NCBI GenBank assembly: GCA_963749705.1 | Contig: CAVVNQ010000006.1 | Coordinates: forward strand, 64,001 to 128,000 | Direction: 5' to 3' | DNA length: 64,000 nt | Source: an uncultured Chloroflexia bacterium | GTDB taxonomy: Bacteria > Chloroflexota > Limnocylindria > Limnocylindrales > CSP1-4 | Shown: in pieces, positions 20,666-30,776 of the stretch | How the letters are laid out: each line of letters begins with the position of its first letter | Position numbering within the stretch: the stretch's first letter is position 1 | Notes under the pieces: generated by a model | Seen by the model: only the letters and a program-made list of their open reading frames with translations | Database searches by the model: none | What the model was told of the DNA's origin: nothing | Program-made: the position numbers and the translations under genes

Positions 20666-21676
20666 TCAGTCGCGCTGGAGGACGATCGCCGACGCCCCGG
20701 ATGGCAGGTCCAGCAGCTCCGGCGTCGGCAGGCCCGCGGCGGAGAACCAGCCGAGCGCCTCGGACCGGGTCACCAGGCGCGTGCCCTGGAGCAGCTCGTC
20801 GAGCTGGACCCCGGCGATCAGCTCGCCATGGCGCGTTCTCAGCTCATCGGGGTCCGACGGCAGGTACCAGTCCAACGCCACGAGCCAGCCTCCCGGGCGG
20901 ACCGCAGCCCACGCGGCACGCAGCGCGGCCGCCGGGTCCGGCAGCTGGTGGAGCGCGTACTGGTAGTACGCGAGCTGGACCTCGCCCACGTGGTCGATCG
21001 AGGTGACATCGTTCTGCTCGATCGTGATCCGAGTCGAGAGCCCGGCCGCCTCGACGTTCGCACGCGCCCGGGCCACGGAGTCCGGCTCGAACTCGACGCC
21101 GATCAGCGACACGTCCGGGAAGCGGCGCGCCATGTTGATCAGCCAGCGTCCGCCGCCGCAGTGGATGTCGAGGATCCTGGCGCCGGCCACCAGACCCACC
21201 ACCAGCTGCGGCAGGGCGGCCAGGACCTCCTGGAAGAACACGGCGATGTCCTGGACGGTCAGCCGCTCGATGGCCACGCGATACCGCTCGGGACGGCTTG
21301 CGACCGGCTTGCCGGTCCGGAACACGTCGAGCAGCGAGCCGTAGTCGAGGCTCCCGGTCGCCGCATGACGGAACTGGCCACCGAGGTACTCGGACGAGTT
21401 GGGCTCGAGCAGGATGGCCCCGATGTCGTCGGGCATGCAGAGCCTGCCGTCCGCGATCTCGACCAGGTCGTGCGCGTCGGCACCCCAGGCCCAGCGACCC
21501 ACGAGCTTCGCCGACGTCCCGGTCGCCGCGGCCAGGTCTGCGGTCGTGAGGCCCGATGCGCCGGCCTCACGGAGCCGCGCGAACAGCCCGAGCTCCAGGC
21601 CCACGAACACGTACCACGTCCTGTAGAAGCCGCCGAGGCTGGCGACCATGTCGTCGAAGCGGTCGTCGAGGCTCAT
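20666..21676 (-). CDS. Class I SAM-dependent methyltransferase with N-terminal winged helix (Rv2258c-like)
   Basis: VGLELGLFARL, ILDIHCGGG, ALHQLPDP, RPGGWLV. Confidence 0.85.
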   Translation of the reverse strand: MSLDDRFDDMVASLGGFYRTWYVFVGLELGLFARLREAGASGLTTADLAAATGTSAKLVGRWAWGADAHDLVEIADGRLCMPDDIGAILLEPNSSEYLGGQFRHAATGSLDYGSLLDVFRTGKPVASRPERYRVAIERLTVQDIAVFFQEVLAALPQLVVGLVAGARILDIHCGGGRWLINMARRFPDVSLIGVEFEPDSVARARANVEAAGLSTRITIEQNDVTSIDHVGEVQLAYYQYALHQLPDPAAALRAAWAAVRPGGWLVALDWYLPSDPDELRTRHGELIAGVQLDELLQGTRLVTRSEALGWFSAAGLPTPELLDLPSGASAIVLQRD

Positions 21677-21752
21677 CAGGCCGATTGTGACATGCTCACC
21701 CGGATGCCCCCGCACCGCAGCGCACCCGCGGTTGCCGCTCACGTGACCGGCC

Positions 21753-21783
21753 TGCAACCGCGGAACGGCCGAGCGTGTTACAG
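21753..21783 (+). promoter_or_regulatory. Putative ECF-type autoregulatory promoter (TGCAACC ... CGTGTTA)
   Basis: AAC-containing -35 and CGT-containing -10 directly upstream of the ECF start. Confidence 0.45.
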
Positions 21784-22368
21784 ATGGTGATGGACGACAC
21801 GGAGCTCACCGAGCGCCTCGCGCGCGACCTCGACGGCGCATTCGAGACCCTGGTCCGGACGCACGTGGATCGATGCCACGCGATCGCGCTCCGGGTGCTG
21901 GGCAACCCGCACGATGCCGAGGAGATTGCCCAGGATGCGCTCGTGCGTGCCTACCGCGCCCTGGCGGGATACGAGCCGGACCGGATCCGGGCGCTGCAGA
22001 TCCGGCCATGGCTGGCGACGATCGTCGTCAACCTGTGCCGCAACCGTGTCCGCCGCCACGCCCTGCCGACGACGCCCCTTGCGCCGCTGGTCGAGGCGGG
22101 TCGCGAGCCGGCCGCCGGTGCCTCGACCGATCCGGCGGGGCTGGCATCGCAGTCGGCCGTCACCGACCGGCTGGCGGCGCTGCTGGCGGCCCTTCCCGAT
22201 CGCTACCGGATACCCGTCGTCCTGCGCCACGTCGATGACCTCTCGTACGCCGAGCTGGCGCAGGTCCTCGGGCGCCCCGAGGGAACGCTCAAGGCCCAGG
22301 TCCACCGGGGTCTCGCGCTCCTTCGGGCGTCCGCGACCCAAACCGAGCTCGAGGAGCTGACCGCATGA
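21784..22368 (+). CDS. ECF RNA polymerase sigma factor
   Basis: Region 2 DAEEIAQDALVRAY...PWLATIVVNLCRN; region 4 LPDRYR...LSYAELAQVLGRPEGTLKAQVHRG. Confidence 0.93.
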   Translation: MVMDDTELTERLARDLDGAFETLVRTHVDRCHAIALRVLGNPHDAEEIAQDALVRAYRALAGYEPDRIRALQIRPWLATIVVNLCRNRVRRHALPTTPLAPLVEAGREPAAGASTDPAGLASQSAVTDRLAALLAALPDRYRIPVVLRHVDDLSYAELAQVLGRPEGTLKAQVHRGLALLRASATQTELEELTA

Positions 22369-23204
22369 CACGATCGAATGGCACCGTGACCGACGCGCCC
22401 GCAGCGCTCACGGCCCTCGCCGCGGACCGGCCCGGGTCCCTCGCGCTCCTCGCGACCCCCGCACCGGCCCACCTTGCCGACGACGTCCTGGTCGAGGTCG
22501 GGCTGGTCGACCGGATGGCGCCGCTCGCCTCCCCCATCGGCACGCTCTGGATCGCGTGGAACGGCCGCGGCGTGTCCGAGGTCGAGCAGGCCGAGGATGG
22601 TCCTGCTGCCGCCGCTCGTCACGAGGCGGCCGTCGGCCGCCGCACGGTGCTGGCGGCGACCCTCCCCCGATCCCTGGCCGATGCGATCGCACGCCGGCTC
22701 GCCGGTGAGCGGCGGGTGCGGATCCCGCTCGACCTCCGCGGCCGAACCGAGTTCGAGGTCGCGGTGTGGACCAAGGCGCTCGAGATCCCGCGGGGCGAGG
22801 TGCGGCCATACGGCTGGATCGCCGCCGAGATCGGGCGCCCGAAGGCGGTGCGGGCGGTCGGGACGGCGCTCGGGCACAACCCGGTGCCGTTGATCGTCCC
22901 CTGCCACCGCGTGGTTCGCACCGACGGCACCATCGGCCAGTACTCGCTGGGCGGACCGCACAACAAGCGGACCATCCTGAGCGCGGAGGGACTGGATCCC
23001 GACGCGCTCGAGGGCGCCGCCCGGCGCGGCGAGCGGTTGAGCGGCTCGACCACGACGCGGATCGTCTGCTGGCCGACCTGCCGCCACGCGCGACGGGTCC
23101 AGGAGCGGTACCGGGTCTCGTTCCGGTCGCTGCGCGACGCGACGCAGTCGGGGTACCGCCCCTGCCGCATCTGCCGCCCGACCGCCATCGACACGGCCGC
23201 GTAA
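22365..23204 (+). CDS. O6-alkylguanine-DNA alkyltransferase (Ogt) fused to a C-terminal Ada-type Zn-binding domain
   Basis: IPRGEVRPYG, AVRAVGTALGHNP, VPCHRVV; C-terminal CWPTC...YRPCRICRP. Confidence 0.9.
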   Translation: MTRSNGTVTDAPAALTALAADRPGSLALLATPAPAHLADDVLVEVGLVDRMAPLASPIGTLWIAWNGRGVSEVEQAEDGPAAAARHEAAVGRRTVLAATLPRSLADAIARRLAGERRVRIPLDLRGRTEFEVAVWTKALEIPRGEVRPYGWIAAEIGRPKAVRAVGTALGHNPVPLIVPCHRVVRTDGTIGQYSLGGPHNKRTILSAEGLDPDALEGAARRGERLSGSTTTRIVCWPTCRHARRVQERYRVSFRSLRDATQSGYRPCRICRPTAIDTAA

Positions 23205-23235
23205 GCCGCGGTCGACACGGCCGCACAAGCCGCGC
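23188..23235. repeat. 24-bp tandem duplication spanning the ogt stop codon
   Basis: TCGACACGGCCGCGTAAGCCGCGG / TCGACACGGCCGCACAAGCCGCGC. Confidence 0.8.
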
Positions 23236-23396
23236 TCGCCGACATCCCGCGGAGGCACACCCCGGGAACGACCCGCTGGCACTCGCCGCACCACGGCGAC
23301 CGGGCCGCTGCCTGCCCCGTAACTTGGACTATTCCGCTGGCACAAGCCGCCGCCGCTGGATACACTCCGCAAATCGATCACCAGGAGCCCCGAGCC

Positions 23397-24443
23397 ATGC
23401 GCCCGTCCGCCAGCCCCGTCGCCATCTGGGCAGGGATCATCGTCCTCTACTTCGTGTGGGGATCGACGTACCTGGGGATCCGGGTGGCCGTCGATACCAT
23501 TCCCCCGTTCGTGATGGGGTTCCTCCGGTTCGTCCCGGCTGGCCTGCTCCTCGCGGGTGCGATCGCGATCCGCAACCGGGCGACGATCCACCGCCCCAGC
23601 CCCCGCGAGATCGTCGACACCACGATCGTCGGCGGGATGCTGATGCTGGGTGGGATGGGCCTGGTGGCCTGGGGCGAGCAGACCGTCGCGTCGGGGATCG
23701 CCGCGCTCCTGATCGGCCTGCTGCCGATGTGGCTGGCGGTGTTCGGCTGGGTGTTCTTCCGCGATCGCCTGCCGTTCGCCGTCGTCGTAGGAATCGTGAT
23801 CGGCGTCGCGGGCGTGGCCATCCTTGCCTGGCCAACGGACGGCGTCGCCACGCTGGACCCGGCCGGCCTGGCCGCCCTGATCGTCTCGCCGATGTGCTGG
23901 TCGCTGGGCTCCCTGTACTCCGCGCGCAGGGCGGTGCTCCCGGCTCCGGCACTGTTCGCGACCGGGCTCGAGATGGTGGCCGGCGGGCTCATCCTGCTGA
24001 TCGCGGCGATCGTGACCGGCGAGATGGCGACCTTTGATCCGGCCGCCGTGTCCGCCGAGAGCTGGACCGGCGTCGCGTACCTGCTGGTGGTCGGCAGCCT
24101 CGTCGGCTTCACGACCTTCTCGTGGCTGCTGACCGTGGCGCCGCTGTCCAGGATCGCCACCTACGCCTACGTCAACCCGATCGTGGCCGTGTTCCTGGGC
24201 TGGCTGATCCTGGGCGAGCCGCTGACCGCTCGCACCGGGATCGCGGCGGTCGTGATCGTGGCCGCGGTCGCGCTGATCGTCACGGCGCGCGGCCGCGCGA
24301 CCAGCCGCGAGACCCACGAACCGGCGGAGGTGCTCGTTCCGGACGCAGAGCCGGTCGCGGAGCGCATCGCGCCCGCGACGGAGTCGCGCGTCGGAGCGAC
24401 GGAGTCGCGCGTCGGAGCGACGGAGCCGGCCGGCCCCGCCTGA
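23397..24443 (+). CDS. EamA/DMT family transporter (YedA-like)
   Basis: YFVWGSTYLGIR, about 10 TM segments, TYAYVNPIVAVFLGW. Confidence 0.92.
   Translation: MRPSASPVAIWAGIIVLYFVWGSTYLGIRVAVDTIPPFVMGFLRFVPAGLLLAGAIAIRNRATIHRPSPREIVDTTIVGGMLMLGGMGLVAWGEQTVASGIAALLIGLLPMWLAVFGWVFFRDRLPFAVVVGIVIGVAGVAILAWPTDGVATLDPAGLAALIVSPMCWSLGSLYSARRAVLPAPALFATGLEMVAGGLILLIAAIVTGEMATFDPAAVSAESWTGVAYLLVVGSLVGFTTFSWLLTVAPLSRIATYAYVNPIVAVFLGWLILGEPLTARTGIAAVVIVAAVALIVTARGRATSRETHEPAEVLVPDAEPVAERIAPATESRVGATESRVGATEPAGPA
24375..24425. repeat. 21-bp tandem repeat (ATESRVG x2) in the EamA tail
   Basis: GCGACGGAGTCGCGCGTCGGA at 24375 and 24396, plus a partial copy. Confidence 0.85.
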
Positions 24444-24455
24444 TCCGCCCGCCGC

Positions 24456-25664
24456 TCAGGCCGTCGGGCGCTCGAACCCCTGCGCGGGCCACGGCTCGCA
24501 GCGGAGCGGCCGGTCCTCCCGGTACCCAAGCGCGTAGTCCGCCTGGATCAGCGTGTGGAGCTGGCTGGTGCCTTCGTAGATGACCGCCGCCTTGGCGTTG
24601 CGCAGATAGCGCTCCACCGGGAACTCGTTGGAGTACCCGTTGGCGCCATGGACCTGGATCGCGTCCAGCGCGCACTGCACCGAGTGGTCCGTCGCGTGCC
24701 ACTTGGCGAGCGACGTCTCGCGCGTGTTGCGCAGGCCCTGGTTCTTGAGCCATGCAGCGCGCCACACGAGCATCCGGCCCATGTCGATCCCGCGGACCAT
24801 GTTGGCGATCATCTGCTTGACCAGCTGGTGGCGACCGATCTCCTGGCCGAACGTCTCCCGCTCGTGCGCATACCGAAGCGACGCGTCCAGGCACGCCTGC
24901 GCCAGCCCGACGGCACCGGCGGCAACGGTGAACCGGCCCTGGTCGATCGCGGTCATCGCGACCACGAACCCCTCGCCCTCCTCGCCGATCCGGTTCTCGA
25001 TCGGGACGCGGACGTTCTCGAAGTCGATGAGGCCGGTGTTGCCCGCCCGGATGCCCATCTTGCCGTGGAGGGTTCCGGTCGTCAGGCCGGGCATCCCCCG
25101 CTCGACCACGAATGCGGTCACGCCCTTATGCCGTTTCGCCCGGTCCACGGTCGCGAACACGAGGAAGTGGTCCGCGATGTCCGCCAGCGAGATCCAGATC
25201 TTGTGGCCGTTGAGGACGTAGCTGTCGCCGTCGCGACGTGCGGTGGTCGCGAGGCTGCCCGCATCGGTGCCCACGCCCGGCTCGGTCAGCGCGAACGTGG
25301 CGATCCTGTCGCCCTTCGCCTGGGGCACCAGCCAGCGCTGGCGCTGCTCCTCGGTGCCCCACTGGAGGAGGGTCAGGCTGTTGAGGCCGACGTGGACGCT
25401 CTGGATGACCCGGAACGCGGTGTCGGCGCGCTCCAGCTCCTCGCACAGCAGCGCGAAGCTGACGTAGTCCATCCCCGACCCGCCGTACTGCTCGGGGACG
25501 GGGGCGCCCAGGAACCCGAGCTCCGCCATCTTCCCGAACACCTCGCGATGGACCTCGCCCTGCTCGTCCCAGTCGCGGATGTGCGGCAGGATCTCGGCCT
25601 CCACGAACGCGCGGGCGGCGTCGCGGACGAGGCGGTTCTCGTCGGTCAGGGTGAAGTCGATCAC
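24456..25664 (-). CDS. Acyl-CoA dehydrogenase
   Basis: FALTEPGVGTDA, LNGHKIWIS, QVHGANGY, IYEGTSQ. Confidence 0.93.
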   Translation of the reverse strand: MIDFTLTDENRLVRDAARAFVEAEILPHIRDWDEQGEVHREVFGKMAELGFLGAPVPEQYGGSGMDYVSFALLCEELERADTAFRVIQSVHVGLNSLTLLQWGTEEQRQRWLVPQAKGDRIATFALTEPGVGTDAGSLATTARRDGDSYVLNGHKIWISLADIADHFLVFATVDRAKRHKGVTAFVVERGMPGLTTGTLHGKMGIRAGNTGLIDFENVRVPIENRIGEEGEGFVVAMTAIDQGRFTVAAGAVGLAQACLDASLRYAHERETFGQEIGRHQLVKQMIANMVRGIDMGRMLVWRAAWLKNQGLRNTRETSLAKWHATDHSVQCALDAIQVHGANGYSNEFPVERYLRNAKAAVIYEGTSQLHTLIQADYALGYREDRPLRCEPWPAQGFERPTA

Positions 25665-25805
25665 GGTCGGGAAGGCCTCGATGACGGGCGCGAGCGGGCA
25701 TGTCCGGGGAGCGGTGGACGTCGCCTCATGCTACCGCTCGGCACTGCCGCGGGTGGGCCGCCCGGCACCTGACGAACTCCCGATCCGGCTCCCTATACTC
25801 GCTCC

Positions 25806-27110
25806 GTGGATACCATCGACAGCCCCTCCGACACCATCGATCTCGCGGCCCTCGCCGGCCCCAACCTGTCGCCGGTCCTGGGCCGGTACATGGACAAGAG
25901 CTGGTCGCACGGGATCGGCCACCGGCTGTACGACACGGCCGGCCGCGCGTACCTCGACTTCGCCAACGGCATCGCCGTCACCGCGCTCGGTCATACCCAC
26001 CCGCGCGTCACGGCCGCCATCCACGCCCAGGTGGACCGGCTGGTCGGGCCCGTGCACGCGATCGGGTTCGCGGAGTCGACCGTTCGCCTGGGCGAGCTCC
26101 TGGCCGGCACGTTCCCCGCGCCGCTGGACTCGGTGCTGTTCCTCAACTCCGGGTCCGAGGCCATCGATGGCGCGATCAAGCTCGCCCGACGGGTCACCGG
26201 GCGGCCCGCGATCCTCGCGTTCCGGGGCGCGTTCCACGGCCGGACGATCGGCGCCACCAGCATCACCAGCTCGAACCTCAACTACCGCAAGGGGTACGAG
26301 CCGCTCCTGCCGGCGGTCTACCAGCTGCCCTACCCGGCGGTCTACCGCGACTTCGACGGCGACGCGGCGCGGGCCACGACGGCATGCCTCGAGGCGATCG
26401 ACGACCTGCTCGAGACGACGGTCTCCCCCACCCAGGTTGCGGCCGTGGTCATCGAGTGCGTCCAGGGCGAGGGCGGGTACAACCCGGCACCGCCGGCGTT
26501 CGTCAAGGCGCTCCGCGCGCTGTGCGACCGGCACGGGATCCTGCTCATCGCCGACGAGGTGCAGTCCGGGTTCGGGCGGACCGGCGACATGTGGTCGTTC
26601 GAGGCGGCGGGAATCGTTCCCGATGTCGTGTGCGTGGCCAAGGCGATCGCCAACGGGCTGCCGCTGTCCGCGATCGTGACCAGCCGCGACCTCCAGGAGC
26701 GGTGGGGAAAGGGCGCCCACGGCACGACGTACGGTGGAAATCCCGTTGCGTGCGCGGCGGGTGTGGCCGTGCTCGAGACGATCCGCGACGAGGATCTGGT
26801 GGCGAACGCCCGCGCCCGGGGCGCCGAGCTGTCCGGCGGCCTGCGCGAGCTGATGGCCGACTACCCGGGCATCGGCGACGTGCGCGGACCGGGCCTCATG
26901 ATCGGCGTGGAGTTCGTCAAGGACCGCGCCACGCGCGAGCCCGACGGCGCGACCGCGGAGGCGGTGGCTGCCCGGGCGACGGATGCGGGGCTGCTGCTCC
27001 TCAACTGCGGGCTCCACCACGAGGTGATCCGCTGGATCCCGCCGCTGGACGTGACCGTTCCCGAGATCGAGGAAGCGCTGGGACTGTTCGAGGCCGCGCT
27101 CAAGGGCTGA
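25806..27110 (+). CDS. Class III PLP aminotransferase (4-aminobutyrate transaminase-like)
   Basis: NSGSEA, AFHGRT, QGEGG, IADEVQSGFGRTG, AKAIANG, HGTTYGGNP. Confidence 0.9.
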   Translation: MDTIDSPSDTIDLAALAGPNLSPVLGRYMDKSWSHGIGHRLYDTAGRAYLDFANGIAVTALGHTHPRVTAAIHAQVDRLVGPVHAIGFAESTVRLGELLAGTFPAPLDSVLFLNSGSEAIDGAIKLARRVTGRPAILAFRGAFHGRTIGATSITSSNLNYRKGYEPLLPAVYQLPYPAVYRDFDGDAARATTACLEAIDDLLETTVSPTQVAAVVIECVQGEGGYNPAPPAFVKALRALCDRHGILLIADEVQSGFGRTGDMWSFEAAGIVPDVVCVAKAIANGLPLSAIVTSRDLQERWGKGAHGTTYGGNPVACAAGVAVLETIRDEDLVANARARGAELSGGLRELMADYPGIGDVRGPGLMIGVEFVKDRATREPDGATAEAVAARATDAGLLLLNCGLHHEVIRWIPPLDVTVPEIEEALGLFEAALKG

Positions 27111-27197
27111 CCGCCCACCGGGGAGAGGACCGCCCGGGACCGCCGCCGATCGACGGTCCGTGCGCCGCTCCGCCTGCTCGGGCCGGCTTCCGCAACG

Positions 27198-29156
27198 CTA
27201 TCCGGACTCGCCGGTCCCGGCCTTCTCGCGGATGGCGTCCACGATCCCGCTGTCGGCGAGGGTCGTGACATCACCCAGCGGTCGGTGCTCGGCGATGTCC
27301 CTGAGCAGCCGGCGCATGATCTTGCCCGAACGGGTCTTGGGCAGCTCCGGCGTGAACAGGAGCTGCTTGGGCCGCGCGATCGCACCGATCTTGGCCGCGA
27401 CGTGCGCGCGGAGCTCGGTTGCGAGTGCCTCGGACGGCTCGATGTGCGACTTGAGGATCACGAACGCCGAGATCGCCTCACCGGTGACCGGGTCGGCTCG
27501 CCCCACGACGGCGGCTTCGGCGACCGATTGGTGGTCCACGAGCGCGGATTCCACCTCGGTGGTGCTGATCCGGTGCCCGGAGACCTTCATCACGTCATCG
27601 ACACGGCCGAGCAGCCAGAAGTAGCCGTCACTGTCGACCTTGCATCCGTCACCCGCGAAGTACATCCCGGGGAAGCGACGCCAGTAGGTGGACATGAACC
27701 GCTCGGGGTCCTTGTAGATGCCGCGCAGCATCGCGGGCCACGGCCGGGTCAGGACGAGGTAGCCCCCGCCGCCGCCGTTGGGGACGTCGTTGCCGTCGGC
27801 GTCGACCACCTTCGCCGCCAGACCCGGGAACGGGACCGTCGCCGAGCCGGGCCTGAGGGTCGTGACCCCCGGCAGCGGCGCGATGAGGATCATGCCCGTC
27901 TCGGTCTGCCACCAGGTGTCGACCACCGGGCACCTGCCGCCGCCGATGGTCGCGTGGTACCAGAGCCAGGCCTCCGGGTTGATCGGCTCGCCGACCGTAC
28001 CCAGCAGGCGCAGCGACGACAGATCGTGCTTCGCCGGCCAGGCTTCGCCCTGCTTCATGAACGCGCGGATCGCGGTCGGAGCGCAGTACAGGATCGAGAC
28101 CTTGTACCGCTCGATGATGGACCACCAGCGGTCCGGCTCCGGAAACTGGGGCCCGCCCTCGTACATGACGCTCGTCGTCGCATTGGCGAGCGGCCCGTAG
28201 ACGATGTAGGAATGGCCCGTGACCCAGCCGATGTCGGCCGCGCACCAGTACACGTCGTCCGGCTTGATATCGAAGATGTAGTGGTGCGTCGTGCTCACGC
28301 CGGTCAGATACCCGCCGGTGGTGTGCATGATGCCCTTGGGCTTCGCCGTCGTCCCGGACGTGTGCAGCAGGTAGAGCAGGTGCTCTGCGTCGACCTGGAC
28401 CGGATCGCACTGGTCCGACTGGCCGTCGACCAGCTCGTGCCACCAGTGATCCCTGCCCGCCTTCATGGTCACGTCGTTGCCGGTGCGCTTGACGACGAGG
28501 ACGTTCCTGATCGTCGGGGCGTTCGCGGCTGCCGCATCGGCGGCCGACTTGAGGTCCAGGACCTTGCCGTTGCGCCACGCGCCGTCGGAGGTGACGAGCG
28601 CGACTGCCTCGGAGTCGATCATCCGCCCCTCGAGGGCGTCGGAGCTGAAGCCGCCGAACACCACCACGTGAGGCGCGCCGATCTTGGCGCAGGCCAGCAT
28701 GGCGATCGGCAGCTCGGGGATCATCGGCATGTAGATGCCGACCCGATCCCCGGTCTTCACGCCCAGTGACGTCAGCGCGTTGGCGCACTTGTTGACCTCT
28801 CGCTGGAGGTCCGCATAGGTGAGCGTGCGCGTGTCCCCGGGCTCACCCTCCCAGTAGTACGCGACCTTCGAGCCGAGCCCGTTCTCCACGTGGCGATCCA
28901 CGCAGTTGTACGTCGCGTTGAGCTGACCGCCGAGGAACCACTTGGCATAGGGCAGGTCCCACTCGAGGACCTTGTCCCACGGCTTCATCCAGGTCAGCCG
29001 GCGCTGCGCCTGGTCGGCCCAGAACGCCTCCAGGTCCTGGTCCGCCTGCGCGTAGAGCTCCGCCGTCGCGTTGGCGTGCGCCGCCAGACCCTCGGGCGGC
29101 TTGAACTCCCGCAGCTCCTCGGACAGAGCCTCGATCTCGGGCCGCGTCACGCCCAT
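27198..29156 (-). CDS. acs: Acetyl-CoA synthetase (acetate-CoA ligase)
   Basis: [44 protein letters not shown] (acetylation-target Lys). SD GGAGGTG. Confidence 0.95.
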   Translation of the reverse strand: MGVTRPEIEALSEELREFKPPEGLAAHANATAELYAQADQDLEAFWADQAQRRLTWMKPWDKVLEWDLPYAKWFLGGQLNATYNCVDRHVENGLGSKVAYYWEGEPGDTRTLTYADLQREVNKCANALTSLGVKTGDRVGIYMPMIPELPIAMLACAKIGAPHVVVFGGFSSDALEGRMIDSEAVALVTSDGAWRNGKVLDLKSAADAAAANAPTIRNVLVVKRTGNDVTMKAGRDHWWHELVDGQSDQCDPVQVDAEHLLYLLHTSGTTAKPKGIMHTTGGYLTGVSTTHHYIFDIKPDDVYWCAADIGWVTGHSYIVYGPLANATTSVMYEGGPQFPEPDRWWSIIERYKVSILYCAPTAIRAFMKQGEAWPAKHDLSSLRLLGTVGEPINPEAWLWYHATIGGGRCPVVDTWWQTETGMILIAPLPGVTTLRPGSATVPFPGLAAKVVDADGNDVPNGGGGGYLVLTRPWPAMLRGIYKDPERFMSTYWRRFPGMYFAGDGCKVDSDGYFWLLGRVDDVMKVSGHRISTTEVESALVDHQSVAEAAVVGRADPVTGEAISAFVILKSHIEPSEALATELRAHVAAKIGAIARPKQLLFTPELPKTRSGKIMRRLLRDIAEHRPLGDVTTLADSGIVDAIREKAGTGESG

Positions 29157-29253
29157 GTATCACCTCCGGCAGCCCGCTACGGTGCTGGGACGAAGGCACG
29201 CGCCAGATCGCCGGCGCCGCAGCTCCGGATCCCAGCAGGGGGATTGACCTCGA

Positions 29254-29281
29254 ACAGTAGTCAGCGGCGCGGCCCTGTCAA
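29254..29281 (-). promoter_or_regulatory. acs promoter TTGACA-N16-TACTGT
   Basis: Minus-strand -35 at 29281-29276, -10 at 29259-29254. Confidence 0.55.
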
Positions 29282-29331
29282 GCAGCGGCGCCGGCGTGTC
29301 AGGTGGACGCCCGATCAGGGTCCGGCTCCGA

Positions 29332-30507
29332 CTACAGACCGCCGCGCTCGGCCAGGATCGCCAGCGCATGGTCCATCGCCCGGCGTCCCGTCGCGACGTT
29401 CGCCGCCATCAGCCCGGGCGGCTCCGGGCGGGCCACGCCAACCGGATCCAGCATCGTCGCGGGTGGCGGGCCCTGCTGGTAGCGGGCGGCCTCAGCGGAC
29501 CATCGCTCCCGCCAGCCGGCCGGGGTATCGACGGGAACGGGTCTGTGCGCCTGGGCCAGCCACACCAGCGACCAGGCTCTGGGCACCACGCGATAGACGT
29601 CGTAGCCGCCGCCGCCCGTGGCCAGCCAGCGACCCCCGGCGTGCTCATGGGCAATGCGATCCAGCAGGCGTGCCGCACGATCCATGGCACTCGTCGTCAC
29701 CTCGAGGTGGGCCAGGGGGTCGAACGCGTGACTGTCGCTGCCGTGCTGGGTCACCAGGAGCGTCGGTCGGAACGCCGCCGCGAGCCGCGGCACGACGAGC
29801 TCGATGACCGCCAGCCACGAGGCGTCGGACGAGCCCGGCTCGAGCGGGACGTTCACCGCGCTGCCGTACGCCTCGTGGCCACCGCGGTCGTCGACGAACC
29901 CGGAGCCCGGGAACAGTGCGAGCCCGGTCTCGTGAAACGAGAGCGTGAGCACGTCCCGGTCGTTCCAGAAGATCCCTTCCACGCCGTCGCCGTGATGGAC
30001 GTCGAGGTCGACGTACAGCACGCGATGGCCGGCGTCGCGCGCCCGGAGAATCGCGCAGGCCAGGTCGTTGTAGATGCAGAACCCGCTGGCTCGGGCCGGG
30101 AATGCGTGGTGCAGCCCGCCTCCCGGGTGAAAGGCATGCAGCTGGGCGCCCGACAGGATGTGGTCGATCGCGGCGAGGGAGCCGCCGACGACGGTTGCCG
30201 CGGCCTCGTGCATCCCGTAGAACGCCGGTGTGTCCGAGCTGTCGAAGCCCATCACGGCGGCTGCGTCCGGGTAGTCGGAGAGCGTCCGGACCTCGGCGAC
30301 GTAGTGGCGGTCGTGGACGCGCGCGATCTCGTCATCGGTGGCCGCGACGGGCGCCTCGAAGCTCGTCGCCCCGACGGCCTCGAGGAGGTCGATGCCGGGG
30401 CCGAAGCGCCGAGGCGTGAACGGGTGGTTCAGACCGAAGTCGTAGTCACGCGAGGCGGCGCCGTAGATGACCAGCGGCTGCCCGGGATCCGGGTGCGCGA
30501 AGGGCAT
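29332..30507 (-). CDS. acuC: AcuC-like Zn-dependent protein deacetylase
   Basis: NHPFTPRR, GGGLHHA, SGFCIYND, DLDVHHGDG, QHGSDSH..DPL, TGGGGY. Confidence 0.85.
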   Translation of the reverse strand: MPFAHPDPGQPLVIYGAASRDYDFGLNHPFTPRRFGPGIDLLEAVGATSFEAPVAATDDEIARVHDRHYVAEVRTLSDYPDAAAVMGFDSSDTPAFYGMHEAAATVVGGSLAAIDHILSGAQLHAFHPGGGLHHAFPARASGFCIYNDLACAILRARDAGHRVLYVDLDVHHGDGVEGIFWNDRDVLTLSFHETGLALFPGSGFVDDRGGHEAYGSAVNVPLEPGSSDASWLAVIELVVPRLAAAFRPTLLVTQHGSDSHAFDPLAHLEVTTSAMDRAARLLDRIAHEHAGGRWLATGGGGYDVYRVVPRAWSLVWLAQAHRPVPVDTPAGWRERWSAEAARYQQGPPPATMLDPVGVARPEPPGLMAANVATGRRAMDHALAILAERGGL

Positions 30508-30776
30508 GGTCGTGGATCGAGCTCCTGCTGGGCATGGCGCCTGTCGGGTTACCATCGCGGCGACCTGGACCGGAGCCGACAATGGATCGGAAGGCAGGAG
30601 CAGCATGCCTCACAGCAGCGCGGCCGTCATCCCGTGGACCCTCCGGCCCGGAATCAGGCTCGGTCGGCTCTGGTGCGACGTGGCGGCGGAGGTGACTGTT
30701 GGCTGAAGGTCCCGCCCGGGCTGCTGGACGCCCCGGCAGCGGCCAGGGCGGAGGAACAGCGAGCCAGGAGGCGACC

